Positions 1-11,914 of a stretch of DNA of 64,000 bases are shown in pieces. The first letter of the stretch is position 1. The number at the start of each line of letters is the position of its first letter. Origin of the DNA: Octopus sinensis. Lineage: Eukaryota. The stretch lies in assembly GCF_006345805.1 (NCBI RefSeq), contig NC_042999.1, positions 130,014,001-130,078,000 on the forward strand, given 5' to 3'. The notes under the pieces were generated by a model, which ran no database searches, was not told where the DNA came from, and saw only the letters and a list, made by a program, of their open reading frames with translations. The position numbers were made by a program, and so were the translations under genes.

Positions 1-564
1 GGTCAGAGGCAAAGAGACAATCCAGACAGTGGAAACACCCTTCCTCACCTGCTCCAAAGAAGGCCATCTGCAGGGAAGGTGATGGCCTCAGTTTTTTGGG
101 ATTCAAAAGACATTGTGTTTATTGACTATCTGCAAAAGGACCACACCATCAATGGAAAGTACTATGCCAACTTGCTGAGGCATTTATGAAAAGCTGTCAA
201 GACCAAATGCTCGGGAAAACTGATGAAAGGGGTGTTGTTTGATCAGAACAATGTTCTAGCACACAATTCCTTGGTTTCAATGGCTGTTGTGTGTGACTGT
301 GGCTTTGAACTGGTTGATCACCCTCCCTAATCTGATTGGACCCCATCTGACTATCATCTGTACCTCATCATGAAAAAACATTTCTGCAGTTGATGACTTT
401 TTTTGACCAACAGGATGAAAGCTTCTTCACCAATTGGATCCAAGTACTACAACACGGAAAAAGTGTGTTGACTGCAAGGGGGCCTATGCTGAAAAATAAA
501 CCACATTTGGTCACATTCCATGAGAGTATCTTGGTCAGCCAATGAACTTTTCAGCTGACCCTCA
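1..564 (+). mobile_element. Mariner transposase 3' fragment with right TIR (degenerate)
   Basis: Translates with frameshifts to ..KRQSRQWKHPSSPAPKK..GKVMASVFWDSKDIVFIDYLQK.HTINGKYYANLLR.., typical of mariner DD34D transposases. Ends in TIR-like AACTTTTCAGCTGACCCTCA followed by TA (565-566). Confidence 0.85.
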
Positions 565-927
565 TAAATCTACTCTGAAGTTTCGAGTAGGTCACTCAAG
601 AGATTCTTTGTGTTGAAATGCATGATTATTTTGTTTCAGTTAACCATGCTTGTACATATATTAGTTGTATGTAGATGAAAGGATGGATGGGTAGCTATTG
701 AAATTCTTCCAAGTATACATCATTAGAAATTTAGAGACCAACGTCGCATGTTGGTATATTATTTAATATTGTCATGAACATAAATCTTTTCATGGGTGGG
801 TGGGGGTGAATCTTGTGTCTCTTTAATACAAAAGAATGCTGCAATAGACTATGGCTTTTGATCACCATCAATTTCCTTTCTTGGTGTGTGCTTCACATTC
901 CCCATATTAGTCTATTCCACTATGCAC

Positions 928-955
928 GAGAGATAGATAGATAGATAGAGAGAGA

Positions 956-988
<33 letters not shown>
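928..988. repeat. (GATA)n/(GA)n microsatellite
   Basis: Direct reading. Confidence 0.95.
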
Positions 989-1231
989 TACTATCTCACT
1001 TCCGTTTTTTTTGTCTTTCTGCATCTCTTTTCGTAACAGATAGTAAAACATGATTTGAAAATTTGACTTTTATTTCTCAAAATAAATGTTATACAACAGT
1101 TTCGTGTGATATGAATATTGGTTTTGAAGTTTCTAAATTCAAGGAGTTTCACGAACAATTGTGTATCAGATTTGGCGCTTTGTGTAACTTGAGCAGAACT
1201 CACTTTTGCAAACATTTGGACCAGACTTTCT

Positions 1232-1832
1232 TATTTCTTTATTGCCCACTAGGGGCTAAACATAGAGGGGACACACAAGGACAGACAAAGGGATTAAGTC
1301 GATTACATCGACCCCAGTGCAAAACTGGTACTTAATTTATCGACCCCCGAAAGGATGAAAGGTAAAGTCGACCTCGGTGGAATTTGAACTAGGAAAGTAA
1401 AGACAGATGAAATACCTATTTCTTTACTACCTACAAGGGGCTAAACACAAAGAGGACAAACAAAGACAGACAAATGGATTAAGTCGATTATATCGACCCC
1501 AGTGCGTAACTGGTTCTTATTTAATCGACCCCGAAAGGATGAAAGGCAAAGTCGACCTCGGTGGAATTTGAACTCAGAACGTAGCGGCAGACGAAATACC
1601 TATTTCTTTACTACCCACAAGGGGCTAAACACAGAGAGGACAAATAAGGACATACAAACGGATTAAGTCGATTATATCAACCCCAGTGCGTAATTGGTAC
1701 TTATTTAATCGACCCCGAAAGGATGAAAGGCAAAGTCGACCTCGGCGGAATTTGAACTCAGAACGTAACAGCAGACGAAATACGGCTACGCAATTCGCCC
1801 GGCGTGCTAACGTTTCTGCCAGCTCACCGCCT
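1232..1832 (-). mobile_element. Head-to-tail trimer of a tRNA-derived SINE (one full copy, two 5'-truncated units of 184-185 bp)
   Basis: Units start at 1232, 1417 and 1601 (TATTTCTTTA..). The minus strand has a tRNA-like head (AGGCGGTGAGCTGGCAGAAACGTTAGC..GAGTTCAAATTCC) and the central GTCGACTTTGCCTTTCATCCTTTCGGGGTCGAT domain shared by many copies in the window. Confidence 0.85.
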
Positions 1833-3157
1833 TTCTGCCCACACCTACGCGTTTTCGTCATTTTTTTTTTATATTGATTAGGCTAGGCTTCAAACAAATT
1901 TGTTTAGTAAAATGCTCTACCACGGCGCTTACTCACTTGTCATTGATATCCTTGGTGAATTTCATAATCATTTCCTTGTTTCTGAAAGTACATTCATGTT
2001 ACAATTTGATCTGCCGAGACAAACCTGTGTTTAATAAATTAACTGTCATAAAATCATTGGCATAATTCATCACGGAAACATTTGCTATGCCAGCAACCGA
2101 TCCTTGTTTGCATACAAGGGTGTCTGGTGATATTCTAAACGAAAGTTTACTTTAAGTTTCTAAGTACTATAAATAATTCACTTACACGGATGTTCTGTGT
2201 CCTTTTCTTATTGTCAGGGAAACAACCTCTCCCCTACGTACACCCTGATTCAATAGTGTTGCTATCAACTCAAGATAATTATCTTCTAAGCTTCTCACTC
2301 GTAACCAAGTATGATTTGAGTTTTTCTACCTCACTCTCACTGTCTCTCTCTCTCTCTCTCTCTCATACACACATTAGATATTAGCGGTACCCGTGGAAGT
2401 TCTGCGTTTAGTTAAAAAACATTAAGATGTTTAGAAGTTCTTTCATAACCTCGTAATATATTTCTTTTGAAATGATGTTTCATTTGAAACATTTAAATGG
2501 TGTGAAAGTCCATATAAGTAGTATTGAACGTGCAGTCTTAAGACACATATATACATATATATATACAAGTGTGTGTGGGTATCTTGCTTCTGTAGGTTCC
2601 GATGAAACTTGTGGTGTGCGGCCAATTGAAGCATATGGTGCTGCAATGATGTTTTTTTTTCTTTCTCCTATTTTTTAAAAAAATTTCTTTTGTAAATTAT
2701 ATTCCTTTTCACTGATTTAGCTATTTCAAACGATGTAAGTTTAAGCACAAACATTTAATTAGCGTCATACAACACCACTATAATATTAATTGTTCTGCGT
2801 CTTAGAGTTTGCTTCTTCTCTGGATTATATATATATATACGCTCCATAAGCGGAACCTAAATACACTAAGTGCAGAAACTCTGCAAGAATTAAGATGCAA
2901 TGTGAGAACAATTTCATCTGTCAGCCATCTAAGTAAACATGAGCCGGGAAGAAATCGAGCTGCTTGTGAACTGGTTCTGCAATCGTGTGTCCCATAGTGC
3001 ATATGGACTAAAAAGTAAACTAAATAGCTCATTTGCGAACGTCGCTGCAGGCCGAAAGCTGAGCAAGATAGCTACTTATGTTCACGTAATCACGCAAGTT
3101 AAAAAAAAAGATGGCACTCTTCTGACAGAATGTAGCAATCATCATCATCATACATGT

Positions 3158-3510
3158 AGGCGCAGGCGTGGCTGTGTAGTACGTAGCTTGCTTCCCAACC
3201 ACATGGTTTCAGGTTCAGTCCCACCTTGGGCAAGTGTCTTCTACTAAAGTCCCAAGCCGACCAAAGCCTTGTGAGAGGATTTGATAAACGGAAACTGAAA
3301 GAAGCCTGTCGTATGTATGTGTATTTGTCCGCCCACCATCGCTTGACAACCAATGTTGGTGTGCTTATGTCCCCTAACTTAGCGGTTTGGCAAAAAAGAC
3401 CAATAGACTAAGTACTAGGCTTGCAAAGAATAAGTCCTGGGGTCGATTTGTTCAACTTAAGGCGGTGCTCCAGCATGGCCACAGTCAAATGACTGAAACA
3501 AGTAAAAAAA
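3158..3510 (+). mobile_element. Composite tRNA-derived SINE, second family (contains ACCTTGGGCAAGTG core)
   Basis: GGCGCAGGCGTGGCTGTGTAG..GGTTCAGTCCCAC..CCTTGGGCAAGTGTCTTCTACTA..GACTGAAACAAGTAAAA. Related copies at about 8300-8450, 8884-9075(-), 10420-10805, 22425-22900, 23790-24150, 24275-24620, 24880-25035(-), 27680-27850(-), 33470-33610, 44110-44260 and 55690-55810. Confidence 0.8.
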
Positions 3511-4001
3511 TATATAGACACATACTAATTGTGACTGAGGTTGCTGGGTAGCCCTTTAAGTGCTAGAAATAAGAGTTAAAAACCCTCAGAGCTGCAACAA
3601 AGCACATTTGTGCTTCCTTGCAGCTCTAAAGGTTTTTAACTCATTTTAATAGATAAATTTTGCTAAGTTAGATGTTCATTTCCTCCCCACCCCGTATTCC
3701 TAATTCCCACACTTAGGTCTCAATGTGATCTCCTTTGTTTTCCATTCTAAGCCCATTTTAGTTGATAATCATATGTTAAGCCATCCCTGCCCCTCCTCTT
3801 TCTCAGCTCGCCTTTATATCATTATCTTACTAGCATCTTCTGAGACATTTTTTCATGTAGGTATGGCTGATTTTATGGTCATAGTGAAATAAGGGTAGGG
3901 AAGTGTATCTGACATTAATTAATTTATCACCAGCAACAAGAACTTAACTGTCAATTCCCAATGGTAGACCCTTTGATCTATCCTCCTGGACCTCACCCCA
4001 A

Positions 4002-4570
4002 CATCATCATCATCATTTAGCGTCTGTTTTCCATGGTAGCATGGGTTGGACGGTTCAGCTGTGGTCTGGGAAGCCAGAAGGCTGCATCAGGCCCAGTCTG
4101 ATCGGGCAGTGTTTCTACGGCTGGATGCCCTTCCTAATGCCAACCACTCCATGAGTGTAGTGGGTGCTTTTTACGTGCCACCTGCACAGGTGCCAGACGA
4201 GGCTGGCAAACGGCCACGGACGGAAGGTGCTTTTTACGTGCCACAAGCACGGGGGCCAGGCGAAGCTGGCAATGGCCACGAACGGATGGTGCTTTTTACA
4301 TGCCACCGGCACGGAGGCCAGTTGGGGCGGCGCTGGCAACGGCCACGATCAGACGGTTCGCTTACTTGTCACCGGCACTGGTATCACAGCTGCAAGTTCC
4401 ATTGATGTTGATCGACTTCGATTTTCGTTCTGATTTCTGATATCTGATTTGATTTGATTTCCACTTGCCTCAACGGGTCTTCACAAGTGGAGTTTTGTGT
4501 CCCAAGAAGGAAAGGTATGTATAAGTCGACTGGCTACATACCAGGTAGAGGCCACGAGTATGGTCTCACT
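4002..4570 (-). mobile_element. RTE-clade LINE 3' end/UTR with (GAT)n tail
   Basis: Reverse complement of the 6344-7012 copy; (CAT)n at 4002; internal tandem units GGTGCTTTTTACGTGCCAC. Confidence 0.8.
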
Positions 4571-4932
4571 AGTCCGATAATACAACCCTTGGGAATCCTA
4601 TCCAGTTCAATAATACTAACCATGGTACTACTGCCCCTACTACTAGCAACATGACTACACATAACAACAGTGACACCCTCTCCCAGCCCAACACCAGTAA
4701 TAATAACACCTCTGGTCCTTCTTTGGAGATAACAGTCCATATGAACCAGATCACAATAGGAATAAATTCTAAACCTGCTGCTGGAAAGAAAACCTGCAAT
4801 TTCAAGGTCTTCCAGCTCTGTTCGCTTGAAAGCTTCTGTTTACGGTACAATATAGTATATAAATGCTGGATAATAACACCATGTCCCCACTAGGCTAGGG
4901 TCCAAATTGGTAGCACTATCAATTTCAAGTGC

Positions 4933-5097
4933 CAGGGCCAGTCCTAGGGTTGCTGGTGTCCTAAGCAAGCTGAACTTCGCATGTACAATCTGACAGTTAT
5001 GGAAATTTCCATGCCTTTGTCATGCCCTCCTTTGTACCATCTAGCTAATGGCACCCCAGCTGACTGCCTGAATTTCCGGTACCTTGAGCTGGCCCTG
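4933..5097. mobile_element. hAT-type MITE, 165 bp
   Basis: TIRs CAGGGCCAG / CTGGCCCTG; perfect 8-bp TSD TCAAGTGC at 4925-4932 and 5098-5105. Confidence 0.85.
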
Positions 5098-6343
5098 TCA
5101 AGTGCCTCTATTGGATCCACATGAATTTATTCTCAAATAGTGCTTCTAGACTCTCTATCTTCTTGGCAACATACATACACTTCTTCAAGTCCTGAAATAT
5201 TCTCTATACCTTATCCTTATCCACAGTCTGTGAGGCTTCCCTGTACAAGACTAACCTCTGGGTTTATAAACTGTGTTCAAAGGAATTGCTTGCTATCCTC
5301 CACCTATACAACCCTTCTTTTCTTAATTGGTTCTCTGACATAATCACAAATTATAATTTTTGTTTGCCCATTCCATAAAGTCTCTATAATCTCCTAATTA
5401 TGATTTAGCCCTAACTTACTACTTAGCTATGCTAACAACATACCCCTTCTCTTTCTCTATTTCCTTTGTATCTTTTTCCATAACTGAGAATATCTCCCTC
5501 TGGTGCTACCCCACCATCAATCCTCGAATTCCTTCCTTGCCTCTTTCTGGCTTCATCTATAACCAGCTTCCTCTTTGTTTCAAAATTTGCCCCTCTACAT
5601 TCTCCCCATATTCTTTCTATATCTCAGCAGCCCTCCTCCTCTACTACCACTCCTTTTCCCAGCTTCATTCATTGCATCTTCCTTTAGTTTTCTTTAACCT
5701 CAACCATCCCTCATTGATTAAAAATCTGCTTGACATCATGCCCCACCAATGGTGTGTTCCCTTTCACAATACTGACCTATCTCCCTCACCCTTCAACTCC
5801 CAACTTTTACTTCTATTCAATCACTTAATTGCTCCTCTCCCCACCCTATCCCTGCCTTGTATTTCTTATCTCTTATTGCTCTTCCTCTACCTCTTCACTC
5901 CCCCTCCCTAAGTCTTCTGCATCTTCCCTTTCCCTGCCTTTTACTTCTGTCTTCCTATTCTCCCATTCAACATTTAAATCCCTTGCATCACAATGTGAAC
6001 AGCTATCTGCCAATCTTCTCATCCTAATGAAGGAAGCTGGTATTATTGTAATGTTTTTTTATATTCATAGACAGGTTGCATATCCATATTTTTTTGCACA
6101 TTCCATCTGCTAATTATAAACATAAAAAAACTATTATGTAATTCCGAACTCCCAGAAACAGCTGTCGAGTTAAAAAACTATGCATTCTCTCTTAGTCTTC
6201 TGCATTTTGTATTCTCCATGTAAAAGAAAATTTATTTGTCAAAGCATACATATATCTATGTGCTTGTACATATGTGTTTATCTTCTGAATATATTTAGTC
6301 ATTGTATCTATCTATATTCATATACATCTATGTGTGTATGCAA

Positions 6344-7012
6344 GAGGCAGAACCAGGAAAACCTGGGACGAGGTGGTGAAGCATGACCTTCGAACTTTAG
6401 GTCTCACTGAGGAAATGACTAGAGACCGAGACCTTTGGAAGTATGCTGTGCGTGAGAAGACCCGGCAGGACAAGTGAGACCATAACCCGTGGCCTCTACA
6501 TGGGATGTAGCCAGTCCACTTATGCATACCTTTCCTTCTTGGGACACAAAACTCTACTTATGAAGACCTGTTGAGGCAAGTGAAAATCGAAATCAATCAA
6601 CATCAATGGAATTGCAGCTGTGATACCAGTGCCGGTGGTACGTAAGAGAAACATCCGAACGTGGCTGTTGGCAGCGGTGCCCTGACTGGCCCCCGTGCCC
6701 GTGGCACGTAAAAAGCACCATCCGATTGTGGCCATTGCCAGCCTCGTCTGGCCCCTGTGCCGGTGGCATGTAAAAAGCACCATCCGATCGTAGCCGTTTG
6801 CCAGCCTCGTCTGGCACCTGTGCAGGTGGCACATAAAAAGCACCCACTACACACACGGTGTGGTTGGCCTTAGTAAGGGCATCCAGCCGTAGAAACATTG
6901 CCAGATCAGACTGGGCCTGGTGCAGCCTTCTGGCTTCCCAGACCCCAGTTGAACCGTCCAACCCATGCTAGCATGGAAAGCGGACGCTAAACGAAGATGA
7001 TGATGATGATGA
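6344..7012 (+). mobile_element. RTE-clade LINE, ORF C-terminus plus 3' UTR
   Basis: Translates to RGRTRKTWDEVVKHDLRTLGLTEEMTRDRDLWKYAVREKTRQDK* (stop 6475-6477), the RTE C-terminal GRPRKTW..DL..DR..W signature. Ends in a (GAT)n tail. Confidence 0.85.
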
Positions 7013-7070
7013 TATATATACAAAAATATATAAAATAACATTCTCATATTTGCAGACCCATAAAAAATGA

Positions 7071-7295
7071 ACCTCCACCAACTACTCTGTCTATATATCT
7101 GTGCACACCTTTCAATGCCATAAGGTCTGCATATCCAATGGAGGCCTCAAAATACATTTTAAGATCCACAAAAATCAGAACTTAATTGCAGTTCATGGTG
7201 GTCCAAATCAGGTATGCAATCTATGTGGGTGTCTTTTCAATATGTTGCCTGGTTTAAAAAACCACATCAAATGCCATGGTAGACCTATGGTGTAA
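7071..7295 (+). pseudogene. Isolated C2H2 zinc-finger remnant (one complete finger, one defective)
   Basis: CNLCGCLFNMLPGLKNHIKCH fits C-x2-C-x3-F-x5-L-x2-H-x3-H. The upstream FQCHKVCISNGGLKIHFKIH lacks one Cys. In-frame stop at 7068, no ATG. Confidence 0.55.
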
Positions 7296-7435
7296 GTGCA
7301 CAAGGTGGTCAAACCCTGCATAAGGAATAGACAATCAGGCTAACATCAAGGTCTAATATCTACTCTTAACAGTTTAATATATCATGATCATGATCATCAT
7401 TTAACATTGTTGTCCATGGGTTGGACATAGGTTGG

Positions 7436-7439
7436 ATAT

Positions 7440-7500
<61 letters not shown>
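7436..7500. repeat. (TA)n microsatellite
   Basis: Direct reading. Confidence 0.95.
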
Positions 7501-7503
<3 letters not shown>

Positions 7504-7679
7504 TGTCTTCCTTTGAAAAAAATCTCAATTACAACAATGATGTTGTTGATGAAATATGTTCTTTGTCTATCTACTTATCCTCTTTGTGATTTTGGATAAT
7601 AAGAAAACTATACAAATGAATCCTTCAAATTTAACTAAATTCTATATTTTTATGCAGCTGAAGATTGATCTACATTTTA

Positions 7680-7772
7680 AATTGATGTAATATTTGCATT
7701 GTTCAATTAAATGGAATCACATGAAACAATCGTACTGCATTACCTCTGGATATCCTTGTTGCTTATTTTGAT
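7680..7772. mobile_element. Half copy of the foldback MITE seen intact at 42384-42566
   Basis: CATTGTTCAATTAAATGGAATCACATGAAACAATCGTACTGCATTACCTCTGGATATCCTTGTTGCTTATTTTGAT matches the right arm. Confidence 0.75.
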
Positions 7773-8266
7773 CATATATATATATATATATATTTATCAA
7801 GACTAATCGTGTTTATCTTCATCACTCTCTCCATATCAGCTCACATGGATTTCTCTTATCGCCATTCTTTATTCCGTGGGCCTAGTCCTCATTAAAGGCT
7901 TCAAAGTTTAAGTTCAAATTATTTGAGCACTACTATGTGTTTTCTACACAGAGCGTCTCTAAATCACATATATTGCTTCTATGTGTGTGTGAAGGCACAT
8001 GGTTAGAGTGTTGCACTTATGATCGCTCGATCATGGTTTGATTCTCGGACTGACTGGAGTGTTTTTCTTGAGCAAAACATGTCATTCCATGTTACTCCAG
8101 TCCAATCAACTTATACATGAGTAACGCTGCAACAGAGTAACCTTCCAGTCAGGAGGAATGTTGGCCTATTCGCAATAAGGATGGCATCATTCAAAAGTTG
8201 AAACGATGCAAAGTATATTGTGATCAGCGATGTATAACAACATCCGATAGTCTGGCTGGTCGTAGG

Positions 8267-8315
<49 letters not shown>

Positions 8316-9959
8316 GTGTGATTGCATGTTAAGATGTTTGCTTCCTACTGGGTTCAGTCCCAGTGCTTGGGACCTTGGGCAAGTGTTTTCTACTATTGAC
8401 CCTAGCCTTGTGCATGTATTTGGGAGATGAAAACCTATAGAAGCCTGTCATATATATGTTAAAGTCATACCCAGGACAATGTATGCCCATATATATATTA
8501 TCATACAGTACAAGAGTTCCAGTGTTTGAGGAGAGTGGAACCGCCTCTAAACCATAACTGTCCCTAGGCCCACTCTGACCCTGGGTAGTAGCTATGGTCT
8601 GACTAGCATATGAACTACTGGATGTGAAGAACTCCCTAGTTCTTGTAAGAAATTCCTACTAGGAGGAGGTAAACTCATAAAAATCCTGAAGTGCAGTCGT
8701 CTCAACCTCTGTGCTACTGGTTTGATTATAGTTGATAACATTGAAAAGTGGGTTTAGTGCTGTGCAACACTTTATCCACTCAAATTCATGCACAAGAACT
8801 GTGTGGACTCTTGGAATTTTTGCATGGACTTACTAAGTTTAGTTAGTTACTCGGTCCCAAGTTGACTTCCTATATGTATATGTTTATCTTTGTCCCCGCC
8901 CCCAAAACCACGTTACAATCGACGTTGGTTTATTTACATCCTCGTAAATTAGCTTTTCACCACAACAGATCGATAGCATGAGTACTAGACAAAAAAAAAA
9001 CATGTCCTGGTGTACATTTATTCGACTAAACCATTGAGGGTCGTGCTCCAGCATGACCGTAGTCCAATAACTGGAGCAACTATCCACGTAAGATCAAAAG
9101 TGAGGGAACTTAACGATAATTTACTTATTCGTGGGTACAGCTCTGCTCGCAAGTATTGCAGGATAATTGGTAGTCCTGGTATAGTGGACATTGTTCTAAT
9201 CTCTTCTTTTCCTTACTGTTGTTTCATCTTACAGGTAAGTTATTGTAAAATCAAAGAGGGAATTTTTTTAATCACAAATCAGCAAACCGATCATTTCAAA
9301 GCTGAGAAATAGAAACAAATTAATATTTATTACGTGACAATGCTTAACATTGTTAATGTGGGGCTGATTCAACAGGTATTGTTTGCATCGTATATCTACT
9401 GTAAGATCCGTTTGCCAACGGGAAGTTATTAGCTTTTGTGGGCGATGATGTATTTGACTTAATACGAAGGAGTGTATGTCTCATGTGACATTTGCAAGAC
9501 AAGAAGTAAATAGTTAAAAAATTCAAGCAATATTATCTAACACATTGCTCTTTCGTTTGTATAAACAAGTTCACACCCTGATTGAAGAACATTTGTTGTA
9601 CAGCAAAGACTTCGTATATTCACTACACACCCTTTGTCGTTGTTATGGAGACCACTGTCCATAAGTATCCCAAAATGAAAATTTTGCAAGTAAATAAAAA
9701 AAAAAGGACGCCGGAATACTTAATTATTTATATTGCTTTTTAAGAAAATAACTGCGGGTGTCCTATATTTTATACAATGGAGAGATTGCGGGTACTTGTA
9801 CCGAGATTGCGATTCAACAACAACTACAAAATAATGTTTTTTAAAGTAAAACAAACGATTAAATTCCATGAAATATAGCGATAGTTCCATTAGCGTTCTC
9901 CATACGTTCCTGAAAATGCCTTGCTTAACCAAAAAGTGCCATACGAGGTCATTACTTAC

Positions 9960-10029
9960 TACTTTTACTGGTGGATACAAATACAATTGAATATGTCGCC
10001 AAACGACGGAAAAATTCAAAACGTGCCAT
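9960..10029 (-). CDS. Probable first coding exon of an unidentified minus-strand gene (MARFEFFRRLATYSIVFVSTSKS)
   Basis: ATG in good context (GCGATGG), 23 open codons + 1 nt, consensus donor GTAAGT, CpG-retaining neighbourhood. No downstream exon identified with confidence. Confidence 0.45.
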
Positions 10030-10572
10030 CGCAGTCTCCAAACATTTAATTTCAAATAATAATCTCCCACAATGTGTGGCTATCTAAACAGAGTAGTGTT
10101 AGGCGGATGTATAATTGCACTGAATGATATATTTGATAAATAAATACATTAACTTCATTTTGCTTGTGTACACGATGTGAGCTGAAGTCTTGTAGAGAAG
10201 TGACGAAGTTTCATGATCCCTGACTGACAAAAAGTATTGGCTGATCATAACTCAAAAATCTTGAATAATGAATTAACTCCACTGATGTAAGAAATTCAAA
10301 TGTTCAATCAATATCATGAATTGTGTGAACAATTTGTTAGAAGTAATTTCTTTCCCCCAAATCATTATCTACTTCACGATTGTTACGGGTACCTTGGGAT
10401 TTCCCCGTTCAACTATTTCTTCAGTGTAACTTGCTTACCAACTACATGGTCCCGGGTTCAGTTCCACTGCATGACACCTTAGGCAAATGTCTTCTACTAT
10501 AGCCTCGGGCCAACCAAAACCTTGTGAGTGGATTTGGTAGACGGAAACTGAAAGAAGCCCGTCGTATGTATG

Positions 10573-10605
<33 letters not shown>

Positions 10606-11647
10606 TTGTCCTCCCCCCCATCGCTTGACAACCGATGTTATATTTACGTCCCCGTAACTTAGAAGGTCGGCAAAAGTGACCGATAGAATAAGTACTAGGC
10701 ATACATGTGTGTTATCATGTGCGAATAAGTACTGGGATCGATTTGTTCGACTAAGTAGTACTAGGTAGTACTCTAGCATGGCCGCAGTCAAATGACGGCA
10801 AAATAAAAAACAATTTAGAAAAAAGAAAAGAAAACAACAACTTTCACTTAGATTTTATCACACTTCGTATGAAAGTAGGCGTTTCCAGATTAAAATGTGT
10901 ATGTTCTCGTGCAAAAAGTGAAAAGACGTATGAATGTTAAAAAAAAAAATCAAATAATAAAATTGACCTAATATCTTTAAATGATTGTTCAAATGCACTG
11001 TCATGAGTTTCAAAGGTAACATAGACACCACTAATTTTAAATGAATTTTGAATAAAATGTTCTGCAAATATAACTCAGCAATTGTTCTAGTAAGTAGACG
11101 ACTACTGCATGTACCCCCAAAGACTTCTTGTCTTGCAAATGTCACATGAGAGATACCTTCGTATTCAATCAAACATCTCATTGCCCAGATAAGCTAATGA
11201 CTTCATGATGACATGGATTTTACAGCGGATACAATATGCAAACAATATCTGTTTTGTTAGCTTTATCTTAACAATGTTAAGCTTTGTCACATAATAAATA
11301 TTAATTTCTTTCTAACCGTATCTCAGCTTTTAAAGGATTGGTTTGTTGGTTTGAATTAACCCTAGAAAACATGAAAAAAGAGAAAAATATGTTATATTAA
11401 CATATGAAGGTGACCACACTGGTTCAAGTTAAATTTTCATTGAAAAATATATACAAAACATAAAAAAATATAAATTTACACAGTTCAAGTACAAAACCGT
11501 TTCATCTTTGTGGCTTTCACATGCAAAAAGTTGTTATTTTTGACAACTAATTCTCTTTTGGATACTGAAATGTTTTCTTCAGGTTCTTCAGCCAGCATTT
11601 TAAGAAATTTGTGTCAAAACTGGAGTTTGTTCTGTTTGAATTGTGGT

Positions 11648-11914
11648 CAGTGGTGGACAGGGTCTAAAAATATTGGTTCCCAGGAAACTAAGGGGTCCAC
11701 TCGCAACTACAATGCAATCAATTTTTTTTTGTTAAAAGTATTCTTTTCAACTGTCCTCAAACACAGCCAGGCTGAAATAATTAATTCATTCTTCCAGAAG
11801 TGAATAAAAAAATTCTCAGACTTGAGTGGATGGGACCCTTAGATACTAACATGGGTCTCATATATAGATTCTAATGGCACTGGGGCCCACTTGCCATCGG
11901 GCCAGTCACCACTG
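11648..11914. mobile_element. hAT-type MITE, about 267 bp
   Basis: TIRs CAGTGGTGGACAGG / CCAGTCACCACTG; degenerate 8-bp TSD ATTGTGGT / ATTGCGGG. Confidence 0.6.

Noticed and set aside
991-1215. 74-aa minus ORF and overlapping plus ORF
   Set aside because: No recognisable domain and no consistent splice-site pair; the plus ORF runs into the SINE array.
1232-1832. CRISPR-like or tRNA gene interpretation of the tandem units
   Set aside because: The units are long SINE bodies without unique spacers, and the tRNA-like heads do not form complete cloverleaves.
1937-2330. Possible minus-strand exons (..GVRRGEVVSLT..|ISPDTLVCKQG..) joined by a 51-nt intron; weak tyrosine-recombinase-like G.R.GE..L motif
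   Set aside because: The intron is implausibly short for this locus, the upstream piece has no acceptor, the frame ends in a stop, and the motif is too short to support a call.
4046-4433. ORFs with repeated FTCHRH/CFLHATGT motifs (also 6520-6961 and 30755-31072)
   Set aside because: They are translations of the tandem unit in the RTE 3' UTR, open in several frames and on both strands.
5429-6113. 160-aa Leu/Pro/Ser-rich ORF
   Set aside because: Pyrimidine-rich low-complexity strand of decayed repeat DNA; no motif.
11055-11150. ATG-initiated MFCKYNSAIVLVSRRLLH.. as a candidate TGR mitochondrial leader, with GTAAGT inside
   Set aside because: Splicing at the GTAAGT would remove the Arg-rich part, the unspliced frame soon stops, and there is no promoter evidence.
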